From: Pirellulales bacterium
GTDB taxonomy: Bacteria > Planctomycetota > Planctomycetia > Pirellulales > JAICIG01
Direction: 5' to 3'
Assembly: GCA_040901675.1 (NCBI GenBank)
Contig: JBBDYJ010000011.1
Location: 96,001 to 160,000 of the forward strand
Length of the DNA stretch: 64,000 bases
Shown: positions 1-8,343 of the stretch, piece by piece
Layout of the letters: each line of letters opens with the position of its first letter
Numbering within the stretch: position 1 is the stretch's first letter
Notes under the pieces: model-generated
Database searches by the model: none
Seen by the model: the letters and a program-made list of their open reading frames with translations, nothing else
Told to the model about the DNA's origin: nothing
Translations under genes and position numbers: made by a program

Positions 1-1
1 G

Positions 2-136
2 ACCGCTGAGGACTTCCAGCAGGTCGCCGAGCTGCTCCGCCGCGCCGGCCTGGCGGGCGACCCGCGGCGCTTCAAGCGCGTGGCCTCCGCCAGGACGCTC
101 TACCACTGGAATGCCGACGCGCATCAGGAGTACTAG
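2..136 (+). CDS. glxC: C-terminal fragment of GlxC/MgsB-like (GltB domain 3-like) subunit; partial, runs off the window start
   Basis: Frame 2 reads TAEDFQQVAELLRRAGLAGDPRRFKRVASARTLYHWNADAHQEY* (TAG 134-136), resembling the 'F.R..SAR.LY' tail of GlxC/MgsB; it lies 4 bp upstream of a GlxD-like gene. Confidence 0.65.
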   Translation, partial: TAEDFQQVAELLRRAGLAGDPRRFKRVASARTLYHWNADAHQEY

Positions 137-140
137 CTTC

Positions 141-1478
141 GTGCCGCACCAAGAACACCGCGAAGAAAGCTATTCCTTCAACCGCCACGTGCTGGCGTAC
201 ATCCAGCAGGCGGCCGAGCACGGGCTGTACGAGATCCGCGGCCTGGGCGCCAAGCGGGCTCTGCCGACGTTCGACGACCTGGTGTTCTTGACCGCGTCGC
301 TGTCGCGCTATCCGCTCGAGGGCTACCGCGAAAAATGCCTGACCCGCACCGTGCTCGGCACCCGCCACGCCAAGAAGCCGATCGAGCTGGACATCCCCAT
401 CACCATCGCCGGGATGAGCTTCGGCGCGCTTTCGGCCCATGCCAAGGAAGCGATCGGCCGGGCGGCAACCGAGATGGGCACCTCCACCACCACCGGCGAC
501 GGCGGCATGACCCCCGAAGAGCGCGAGAGCTCCAAAACGCTGATCTACCAATGCCTCCCTTCCCGCTACGGCTTCAACCCCGACGACCTGCGCCGGGCCG
601 ACGCCATCGAAGTGGTCGTCGGCCAAGGCGCCAAGCCGGGCGGCGGCGGCGTCCTGCTGGGGCAGAAAATCAGCCCCCGCGTGGCCGCCATGCGCACGCT
701 GCCCGAAGGCATCGACCAGCGATCCGCCTGCCGGCATCCCGACTGGACCGGCCCTGACGATCTGGCCATCAAGATCGCCGAGCTGCGCGAGATCACCGAC
801 TGGCAGGTGCCCGTCTACGTCAAGATCGGCGCGTCGCGCGTCCCTAACGACGTCAAGCTGGCCGTCAAGTCCGGCGCCGACGTGGTGGTGGTCGACGGCA
901 TGCAAGGGGGCACGGCCGCCACGCAGCAGGTCTTTATCGAGCACGCCGGCATCCCCACGCTGGCCGCCCTGCGGCAGGCGGTCGAAGCGCTCGAGGAAAT
1001 GAACGTGGTCGGGCAGGTGCAGTTGATCATCTCCGGCGGCATCCGCACCGGCGCCGACGTGGCCAAGGCCCTGGCCATGGGCGCCGACGCGGTGGCACTG
1101 GGCCAAGGAGTGCTGATGGCTCTGGGGTGCAACAGCCCCACTTACGGCCCGCCGGGCGAGCGGACCGACGTGACGGCCGACTACCACCAGCTTGGTGCGG
1201 CGCCCGGCTATTGCCACCATTGCCACACCGGCCGCTGTCCGGTTGGGATTACCACGCAGGACGATTTGCTCTCCGAGCGGCTGCCGCCTGCCGAAGGGGC
1301 ACGGCGATTGCAGAACTACCTGAGCGTCATGAACATGGAGTTGACCACGCTGGCCCGCGCCTGCGGCAAATCGAACGTGCACCACTTGGAGCGTGAAGAC
1401 CTGGTCGCCCTGACGATCGAGGCTGCCGCCATGGCCCGCCTTCCGCTGGCCGGCACCAATTGGATCCCCGGTTCGTAG
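141..1478 (+). CDS. glxD: FMN-binding glutamate synthase family protein (GlxD/MgsC, N-methylglutamate synthase FMN subunit-like)
   Basis: Motifs IAGMSFGALS, TTTGDGGM, GQGAKPGGGG, SACRHPDWTGPDDLAIKI, DGMQGGT, CHHCHTGRCPVGITTQD and the C-terminal PLAGTNWIPG; GTG start chosen just after the upstream stop. Confidence 0.85.
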   Translation: MPHQEHREESYSFNRHVLAYIQQAAEHGLYEIRGLGAKRALPTFDDLVFLTASLSRYPLEGYREKCLTRTVLGTRHAKKPIELDIPITIAGMSFGALSAHAKEAIGRAATEMGTSTTTGDGGMTPEERESSKTLIYQCLPSRYGFNPDDLRRADAIEVVVGQGAKPGGGGVLLGQKISPRVAAMRTLPEGIDQRSACRHPDWTGPDDLAIKIAELREITDWQVPVYVKIGASRVPNDVKLAVKSGADVVVVDGMQGGTAATQQVFIEHAGIPTLAALRQAVEALEEMNVVGQVQLIISGGIRTGADVAKALAMGADAVALGQGVLMALGCNSPTYGPPGERTDVTADYHQLGAAPGYCHHCHTGRCPVGITTQDDLLSERLPPAEGARRLQNYLSVMNMELTTLARACGKSNVHHLEREDLVALTIEAAAMARLPLAGTNWIPGS

Positions 1479-1480
1479 TA

Positions 1481-4372
1481 ATGACCAATGACCAGTCCCT
1501 CGAAGAGTATCAACGCAAACGCCACTTCGAGCGAACGCCGGAGCCCAAGGCCGCGGCCGGCAAGGCCAAGAAGAAATCCGCCACGAAGGCCAAGCGCAAG
1601 TCACCGAAAAAGCCTGCCAAGCCGCGGTTCGTCGTCCAAAAGCACGCTGCCCGGCGGCTCCACTACGACTTTCGCCTCGAAATGGAGGGCGTGCTCAAGA
1701 GCTGGGCCGTACCCAAAGGTCCCAGCCTCGATCCCAAACAGAAGCGGTTGGCCGTCGAGGTCGAGGACCACCCGATCGAGTACGGCGACTTTGAGGGCGT
1801 GATTCCCGAAGGCGAGTACGGCGGCGGGACGGTCATCGTCTGGGACCGCGGCGAGTGGACGACCGACGGTGACCCCGTCGAACAATACAAAAGCGGCAAG
1901 CTCAAGTTCCAGTTGCACGGCCAGAAGCTCCAAGGCGGCTGGACGCTCGTCCGCATGCCGGCTCGTTCCGGCGATCGCTCGCCGAACTGGCTGTTGATCA
2001 AGGAGCGCGACGAGGCGGCCCGCCCCCTCGCCGAGTTCGACGTCCTCAAGGAGCTGCCCGACAGCGTGGTCAGCGGCCGCAGCTTGGACGAGGTCGCTCA
2101 GCAGCGCGACCGCACCTGGCACTCGAAACGCAAGTCGGCCCGGTCGCGGCGCATGCCGCCCCGGCTGGCCGCGGCCGCGGAAAAGGCGGTCGCCATCGCC
2201 GAGAAGAAGGTGGCCAAGGCCAAACGCGCCCGGGGGGGCGGGACTGCCGCCAGGGGCCGCAAAAGCCCGGCACTCGACGTGGCTTCGTTGCCTGGCGCCA
2301 AAAAAGCGCCCCTGCCCGAAACGATCAGCGTTCAATTGGCCCGCTTGACCAAGCACCCTCCCGACACCGATCTCTGGCTGCACGAAATCAAGTTCGACGG
2401 CTATCGCCTGATCTGTACGCGCGACGGCGAGCAAACCCGCTTCATCACTCGCGGCCAACAGGACTGGACCCACCGCTTCGGCGCGCTGGTCACGGCGGTC
2501 GAACGTCTCAACGCGCGGCAAGCCGTGCTCGATGGCGAGGTGGTCGCCCTGCTGCCCAACGGCGTCAGCAGCTTCCAGGCCCTGCAGACCGCCTTTCGCG
2601 ATGGCCGCTCGAGCGAATTGGTCTACTACGTCTTCGACCTCTTATATCTCGACGGCTACGACATCCGCCCCGTGCCGCTCGAAAAACGCAAGGAAGTGCT
2701 GAAAAAGCTGCTCGCCTCCGCTACCGGCGGCCGGGTGCGGTACAGCGACCATCTGGAGGGAGACGGCCCCGGCTTCTTCCGCGAGTGCTGCCGCACGGGC
2801 CTCGAGGGCACTGTCTCCAAGCGTCGCGACCGGCCCTACGTGGCAGGCCGCGGCGGAAGCTGGCTCAAGGCCAAGTGCGTCCGGCGCGAGGAGTTCGTGA
2901 TCGGCGGCTTTACCGAGCCGGCCGGCTCCCGCAAGGGACTGGGGGCGCTCCTGGTCGGCTACTACGACAAGCGAGGTCTCGTCTATGCCGGCCGAGTGGG
3001 CACCGGCTTTTCCGACGAGCTGCTCGACGACCTGCGGCGGCGGCTGGAAAAGATCGAGCGGGCCGACTCCCCCTTCGTCAACTTGAGCGCTCGCGCCGCC
3101 GGCCGCGGCACGCACTGGGTAAAGCCCGAACTGGTGGCCCAGGTCGAGTTCAGCAACTGGACCGACGACATGCAACTGCGCCATCCTTCGTTTCAAGGCC
3201 TGCGCGAGGACAAGCCGGCTCGGCAAGTGACTCGCGACGCCGTGTTTGAGGACCCATCAGCGGATTCCGAACCAACGCGGAGCAACGGAAAGATGTCCGA
3301 CTCGAAACCAGCCACCTCCAAACAGGCCCAGTCCAAGTCGGCCCAGTCCAAGCAGGCCCAGTCCGGGTCGGCCCAGTCCAAGTCGGAAAAATCGTACACC
3401 CGATCCAAGGCGACGAAGCGTACCGGCAAGAACGTGCAGCAACCCGCCCCGACGCCGCTCGCGCAAAACAACCAGCCCGACCTCAAGCTGCTGGATGGCT
3501 TGCGCCTCACGCACCCCGAACGCGTGCTCTACCCCGGCCAGGAAATCACCAAGCTCGGCCTGGCCGCGTTCTACGTTCAGATCTCAGGCTGGATCCTGCC
3601 GCACCTCAGGGGGCGGCCGCTTGCGATCGTGCGCTGCCCCGAAGGCTACGGCGAGGCCTGCTTTTTCCAGAAGCACGCCCGCCCCGGCATCCCAGCCACC
3701 TTGCGCCGCGTGCCCGTGAAGGAAAAAGACAAAACCGCCCACTATCTGGCGGTCGACGACCTGCCGGGGTTGATCGGCATCGTGCAGATCGGCGGCCTGG
3801 AGATTCATCCCTGGGGCGCGCGGGACGACGACCTGGAGCATCCCGATCGTCTGATCTTCGATCTCGACCCCGACCCGGCCGTAAGTTGGCCGCGCGTGAT
3901 CGACGCGGCCTTCGAGCTGCGCGACTTTCTAAACACGCTCGGCCTTGCCAGCTTCGTGAAGACCACGGGAGGCAAGGGGCTGCACGTGGTGGTGCCGATC
4001 CAGCGCCGCCACGAGTGGCCCGATGTCAAAACCTTTGCCAAGGCCGTTGCGGAGCACGTCGCCGGCCGGGCCCCCAAAGAGTACATCGCCACCATGTCGA
4101 AGGCCGCCCGCCGCGGCAAGATTTACATTGACTACCTCCGCAACGAGCGGGGCGCCACCGCCGTGGCCGCCTATTCGACGCGAGCCCGGTCCGGCGCGCC
4201 TATCTCGACGCCGCTGGGCTGGGACGAGTTGACCGCTGCGATCCGCTCCGATCATTTCAACGTCGAGAACCTTCCCGACCGGCTGGCCAGCCTCCAGCGT
4301 GACCCTTGGGAGGACCTCTTCAACCTGCGTCAATCCATCACCGCCGCCGCCCGCAAGCAACTCGGCCTGTAG
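1481..4372 (+). CDS. ligD: DNA ligase D (phosphoesterase-ligase-polymerase), NHEJ
   Basis: PE domain (FVVQKHAARRLHYDFRLE, SWAVPKGPS), ligase motif EIKFDGYR, polymerase domain (FFQKH, FDLDP, KTTGGKGLHV, DYLRN); ATG at 1481, 2 bp after the glxD stop. Confidence 0.95.
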   Translation: MTNDQSLEEYQRKRHFERTPEPKAAAGKAKKKSATKAKRKSPKKPAKPRFVVQKHAARRLHYDFRLEMEGVLKSWAVPKGPSLDPKQKRLAVEVEDHPIEYGDFEGVIPEGEYGGGTVIVWDRGEWTTDGDPVEQYKSGKLKFQLHGQKLQGGWTLVRMPARSGDRSPNWLLIKERDEAARPLAEFDVLKELPDSVVSGRSLDEVAQQRDRTWHSKRKSARSRRMPPRLAAAAEKAVAIAEKKVAKAKRARGGGTAARGRKSPALDVASLPGAKKAPLPETISVQLARLTKHPPDTDLWLHEIKFDGYRLICTRDGEQTRFITRGQQDWTHRFGALVTAVERLNARQAVLDGEVVALLPNGVSSFQALQTAFRDGRSSELVYYVFDLLYLDGYDIRPVPLEKRKEVLKKLLASATGGRVRYSDHLEGDGPGFFRECCRTGLEGTVSKRRDRPYVAGRGGSWLKAKCVRREEFVIGGFTEPAGSRKGLGALLVGYYDKRGLVYAGRVGTGFSDELLDDLRRRLEKIERADSPFVNLSARAAGRGTHWVKPELVAQVEFSNWTDDMQLRHPSFQGLREDKPARQVTRDAVFEDPSADSEPTRSNGKMSDSKPATSKQAQSKSAQSKQAQSGSAQSKSEKSYTRSKATKRTGKNVQQPAPTPLAQNNQPDLKLLDGLRLTHPERVLYPGQEITKLGLAAFYVQISGWILPHLRGRPLAIVRCPEGYGEACFFQKHARPGIPATLRRVPVKEKDKTAHYLAVDDLPGLIGIVQIGGLEIHPWGARDDDLEHPDRLIFDLDPDPAVSWPRVIDAAFELRDFLNTLGLASFVKTTGGKGLHVVVPIQRRHEWPDVKTFAKAVAEHVAGRAPKEYIATMSKAARRGKIYIDYLRNERGATAVAAYSTRARSGAPISTPLGWDELTAAIRSDHFNVENLPDRLASLQRDPWEDLFNLRQSITAAARKQLGL
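3326..3385 (+). repeat. 15-bp tandem repeat x4 (GCCCAGTCCAAGTCG-type) encoding AQSKS/AQSKQ in the LigD linker
   Basis: Four adjacent units are directly visible. Confidence 0.9.
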
Positions 4373-4388
4373 CGGTCTTCTCCGTATC

Positions 4389-4412
4389 GTAGCAGGACTC
4401 GCCAGAGTTCTG
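4389..4412 (+). repeat. GTAG-headed REP-like palindrome
   Basis: GTAG-CAGGACTC-GCCA-GAGTTCTG hairpin 16 bp after the ligD stop. Confidence 0.6.
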
Positions 4413-4417
4413 GCCGT

Positions 4418-4497
4418 GTCGCCCAGCGACCACACTAACCCGACGCGCCAGCGAGAGGCAGTCGCCCCAGCGACCAAACCAACCCGACGCGCCAGCG
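4418..4497 (+). repeat. Tandem ~44-bp REP-like units (CACACTAACCCGACGCGCCAGCGAG family)
   Basis: cccagcgaccacactaacccgacgcgccagcg (4422) is repeated as cccagcgaccaaaccaacccgacgcgccagcg (4466); an inverted copy lies at 10018-10058. Confidence 0.8.
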
Positions 4498-4625
4498 CTT
4501 GGAAACCCGGCCCTGAGCCTCGTGCACCTTGGGTTCGCGTCCCCTTACAATTCCACATGAAACTTTGTACACAAACTACCTTGCAATCCGCCCGCCAGCC
4601 GGGGTAGAACACTCGTATCTGGCTG

Positions 4626-4714
4626 CCTTCTGACCTCTGCCTTCTGACTGTGCCGCAGGTCCAGGCGGAACCTCTGACCCTCTGACTCTTGACCTCTGTC
4701 CCCTCGCCTCTCCC
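4626..4714 (+). repeat. Degenerate heptamer (TCTGACC-like) pyrimidine-rich short tandem repeats
   Basis: ttctgacctctgccttctgac ... cctctgaccctctgactcttgacctctgtc immediately upstream of the S8 start. Confidence 0.65.
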
Positions 4715-6082
4715 ATGAAAAAGCCACGTCGAAAAGCAACCGCAAGTCGCAACAGCACCTCTTTGCCGCCCCGCCGCCAGCCGCCCCAGCGGCCCCAACC
4801 GCCGCCCGCCGTCGGCGAGGGGTTGACCGGCCGCTACCTGGTCACCTTCCGCGACCAGGAGACCGAAGAAGGCATCCGCCTCCTGGGCCGCTCCGTCGGG
4901 GCCGCCCACGTGGCCCGGACCTCCGACTTTGCCGCCGGCGCCCCCGCCATGCGCGAGCTGGAACAGGCCGACGCCGTCGTCTTCGACAAGCTGGGAGTGG
5001 CCGTGGTCAGCGCCCCGCCCGATGCGGCACAGTTCCTAGCCGCCATCGAGGAGGCGCCGGCCATTCAAAGCATCGAGCCGGAGCGGATCATGCACGCCTT
5101 GTCGGCCGGACCCATCGGACCCGGCGTCGTGCTTCCCCCCGCCGGCCCATCGCTGGAATACCTCCGCGGCTACCGCGACGGCGTGAACGCGCTTTTCAGC
5201 CAACTCTCCGGCGGATCGGGCGGCTTGGCGCTGGCTGAGCCCTATGCCGCCTTTGCCGACACCGACCAGGCCACCTGGGGCCTGCAGGCGACCCGCGTCG
5301 TCGATTCTCGCGCCAGCGGCCGCTCGATCCGCTTAGCCGTGCTCGACACGGGAGTCGACTTGCGCCATGCGGACCTGGCCGGGCGGGCCATCGAGAGCGA
5401 GTCGTTCATCAGCGGCGAGCCGCCCCAGGACGGCCACGGGCACGGGACGCACTGCATCGGCACCGCCTGCGGCCCTCGCCGGCCCGCCGACACACGGCGG
5501 TATGGCGTGGCCTACGGCGCGCGGATTTTTGCCGGCAAGGTGTTGAGCAACGCGGGCAGCGGCGCGGACACGGGCATTCTGGCCGGCATCGACTGGGCCG
5601 TCACCAACCGCTGCCAGGTGATCTCGATGTCGCTGGGCGCCACGGCGCCCCCCTCGGAGGCTTACGAGACGGTCGCTCGCCGGGCGATGGCCGCCGGGAC
5701 GTTGATCATTGCGGCGGCCGGCAACGAGGGGAGCCGGGCGATCAGCCGGCCGGCGAACAGCCCTTCGATCATGGCGGTCGGGGCGTTGGACTCCGCTCTG
5801 CGCGTGGCGGAGTTCTCGAACTGGGGAGCGCCCTCCTGCGGTGGCCAGATCGACATGGCCGCTCCGGGGGTTCACGTCTATTCCGCCTGGCCCGAGCCGG
5901 CCCGTTACCGCACCATCAGCGGCACCAGCATGGCCACGCCCCACGTGGCCGGCATCGCGGCTCTCTGGTCGCAAACCCGCAAGATCACCGGCGCCGCTCT
6001 TTGGCAGGCCCTCACCGCCAGCGCCCAGCGCTTGCCCCAGCCCTCGCTCGCCGTCGGCGCCGGCCTGGCTCAGGCCCCCTGA
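4715..6082 (+). CDS. S8 family (subtilisin-like) serine protease
   Basis: Catalytic motifs AVLDTG, GHGTHCIG, AAAGN, SGTSMATPHVAG; no obvious signal peptide. Confidence 0.95.
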   Translation: MKKPRRKATASRNSTSLPPRRQPPQRPQPPPAVGEGLTGRYLVTFRDQETEEGIRLLGRSVGAAHVARTSDFAAGAPAMRELEQADAVVFDKLGVAVVSAPPDAAQFLAAIEEAPAIQSIEPERIMHALSAGPIGPGVVLPPAGPSLEYLRGYRDGVNALFSQLSGGSGGLALAEPYAAFADTDQATWGLQATRVVDSRASGRSIRLAVLDTGVDLRHADLAGRAIESESFISGEPPQDGHGHGTHCIGTACGPRRPADTRRYGVAYGARIFAGKVLSNAGSGADTGILAGIDWAVTNRCQVISMSLGATAPPSEAYETVARRAMAAGTLIIAAAGNEGSRAISRPANSPSIMAVGALDSALRVAEFSNWGAPSCGGQIDMAAPGVHVYSAWPEPARYRTISGTSMATPHVAGIAALWSQTRKITGAALWQALTASAQRLPQPSLAVGAGLAQAP

Positions 6083-6148
6083 GCCGAGCACTACCTCAAA
6101 CAGCCCATGCGAAATCGACAGAATAGACCGAAGGACTTGACCACGAGT

Positions 6149-6652
6149 TCAGTGTCTTTCCAAAACATCGGATATACCAAGCTCGGGATCCTGCGCCTCT
6201 CCGCATAGCGCGGTTCTCACCTGGGGAAGGCCAAAAAAAAGACGAAGCAAATTATCCATTGAGCGTGATTGAATCTGGGTTTCGGTCAACCATCGGGATA
6301 GGGTCGCCTCAGCTATGCCCAGGCGCCGAGCGACCTCCTTCTGCGAAAGCTCTAACCTTTCCAACGCGCTGCGGATCTCACTCGGCTCCAACAGATTCAG
6401 ATGCGATCGGAGCGCCTTGTTGATCTGCCCATCGACATCTGCCGTAAATACCTCCTCGCCACAGGCACTGCAGACGGGAAGTCGGAGATGCGGTACTTCG
6501 AACTGGTGCAAGCGCCCGTCGTGCCGGACCTCAGCCTGGTAACACGTTGTCGACATCCTCACTGCCTTCTCTCCGCAGCGGCGGCAGCGCCACGGGAATG
6601 GTCGCTCCGCGTTGAAAGGGCGCTTTGGCTGTTGGGAAGCGCTACTGGCCAT
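6149..6652 (-). CDS. MqsA/YgiT-type zinc-ribbon + HTH antitoxin
   Basis: CRRC...CSAC zinc ribbon followed by a Cro/XRE HTH (LSQKEVARRLGIAEATLSRW). Confidence 0.85.
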   Translation of the reverse strand: MASSASQQPKRPFNAERPFPWRCRRCGEKAVRMSTTCYQAEVRHDGRLHQFEVPHLRLPVCSACGEEVFTADVDGQINKALRSHLNLLEPSEIRSALERLELSQKEVARRLGIAEATLSRWLTETQIQSRSMDNLLRLFFGLPQVRTALCGEAQDPELGISDVLERH

Positions 6653-7004
6653 GGACGTTCACCACTTGAATCCAAGACTCGTCTGGGACGATCGGCAGTC
6701 GATAGTTTAGCCGCGTTTCGATGTAGACCAGTTTCCCCTCGATCGGAATCAGCAGGTCGTGATGGAACTTATATTGACTGGACCACTCTGGCCGCGTTTC
6801 GCACACTTCATCGATCTCGCCCCCAGCCGCGACGAACTCATGCATCAAGCGCCCAATCTCCTTCGTTGGCACATTGTCCAACTCTCGTCGAATCCATCCG
6901 TACGCGGACGCCGTCAGTTCGAACTGGATGTAGCCCGCGAAATTCCAATTCCCGAGGGCATCGCTGTACGCACGAAGCCGATCCGGATCGGTCAGCGGCG
7001 CCAA
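6642..7004 (-). CDS. Putative MqsR-like (RelE-fold) toxin
   Basis: 120-aa ORF upstream of and overlapping the antitoxin by 11 bp; TTG start with AAGGAG RBS; LVYIE...VVNVH tail resembles the MqsR-type 'YIK...SFH' pattern. Confidence 0.65.
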   Translation of the reverse strand: MAPLTDPDRLRAYSDALGNWNFAGYIQFELTASAYGWIRRELDNVPTKEIGRLMHEFVAAGGEIDEVCETRPEWSSQYKFHHDLLIPIEGKLVYIETRLNYRLPIVPDESWIQVVNVHGQ

Positions 7005-7244
7005 CAGTCGTCTCCTTGCCGCGGCCTATGGACCCGGTCGTGTCCCGCCTGGAATTCTAGCTGCTCGATTGACGTATGTCAATTTCTAAGCGGCCAGTGG
7101 AACGGCCGTCAATTGGTTTCCCGGCCCCTCCATCTACCGTCACCTTGCGAGGGCGGCCGGCATTATTGACCGCAACCATCGCGCGGGCAAGACTCTCCAA
7201 TTGACCGCCCCCAACCATCGTCGCCTTGACAGGAGCAAACCCGT

Positions 7245-8168
7245 TTGAAACCGAGCCTGTTCTCCGTGAGCTACGCGGGACTGTGGGGCCAGGCCGCCCT
7301 GGATCTGCCCCGATTCATCGCGCACGCCGCCCAGTTGGGCTATCCGTCGGTGATGCTGATGGGCAGGCGGCCGCATCTGTCTCCTCTGGACGCCTCACCG
7401 CAGTTGCTGGCTTCAATCCGAGAGGCACTTGATACGCACCACGTGCAGTGCGACGTGATCGCCGCCTACACCGACTTCAGGCCGGGCACGGCTGCCGAAG
7501 TGCCCACCATCGAGCTCCAGATCGCCTACGTCGAGTCGCTGGCCCGGATCGCGGCCGAGCTGGGCGCGTCGGTCGTCCGTGTGTTTACCGCCTACGAGAG
7601 CGACGGACACGACTTCCACGCGGCATGGCGGCGTGTCGTCGAGGCCATCCAGGAAACGTGCGACCGGGCCGGCCAATATGGCGTGACCGTGGCCATTCAG
7701 AACCATCACGACCTCGCCTTGCACACCGACGCGCTCTTGGAACTTTTGGCCGACATCGATCGGCCCAACTGCCGCCTCGGCTTCGACGCCTGGTCGCCCG
7801 CCCTGCGCGGAGAGAACCTGACCGAAGTCGCCCGCCGAGCCGCGCCGCACGTCGCCATCACGACCAACGCCGACTACATTCGCCTCCCGCGCTATGCATA
7901 CCGCCCCCATTTCGTCAATTACGAGCGCGTCGAGCCCGATTGGGTCCGGGCCGTTGAGTTCGGGACCGGATTCATCGACTACCCCGCTTTTTTCAAAGCT
8001 CTGCGCGAGGGCGGCTTTAACGGCATCGCGGCCTACGAAATGTGCTCACCCGTCCGCGGAGGCGGTTCGCTGGCGAACCTCGACGCCTATGCCGCGGCCT
8101 ATCTCGAATGGATGTCGCGCCACGAGCTTCTGGATGACCGCAAGGCAGGCGCGAGCCGTAATCAATAG
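7245..8168 (+). CDS. Sugar phosphate isomerase/epimerase (xylose isomerase-like TIM barrel)
   Basis: VRVFT, AIQNHHD, LGFDAW, FGTGFIDY, YEMC motifs; AGGAG RBS before TTG. Confidence 0.85.
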   Translation: MKPSLFSVSYAGLWGQAALDLPRFIAHAAQLGYPSVMLMGRRPHLSPLDASPQLLASIREALDTHHVQCDVIAAYTDFRPGTAAEVPTIELQIAYVESLARIAAELGASVVRVFTAYESDGHDFHAAWRRVVEAIQETCDRAGQYGVTVAIQNHHDLALHTDALLELLADIDRPNCRLGFDAWSPALRGENLTEVARRAAPHVAITTNADYIRLPRYAYRPHFVNYERVEPDWVRAVEFGTGFIDYPAFFKALREGGFNGIAAYEMCSPVRGGGSLANLDAYAAAYLEWMSRHELLDDRKAGASRNQ

Positions 8169-8343
8169 CCGGCTGGAAGGTTGGAATGTCGCGGGAGCCC
8201 AAAGCGCCACGGGGCAACGCAACGGAGTCCTTCGCTTGCCGGCTTTGCGTTGCGCTATTCAATAGATATAATCAGGCACTGATGCGATTGGCCCTCCGGT
8301 TGCCGCTGCGCGGCGCCGGCGCCACGAATCGAGAGACGACCAG

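Noticed and set aside
111..1478. Canonical glutamate synthase large subunit (gltB)
   Set aside because: Only the FMN domain is present (~445 aa), and the motifs and upstream gene fit the split GlxCD/MgsBC type
72..1604. Long antisense and alternate-frame ORFs (e.g. 72-1604, 10014-11369, 14329-15789, 34677-36299, 37761-40145, 49087-50583)
   Set aside because: Shadow ORFs expected in high-GC DNA; each overlaps a gene with clear family motifs and has none itself
8213..8254. GCAACGCAA...TTGCGTTGC inverted repeat as an ncRNA or intrinsic terminator
   Set aside because: Long loop, no U-tract and no recognisable RNA family; insufficient support
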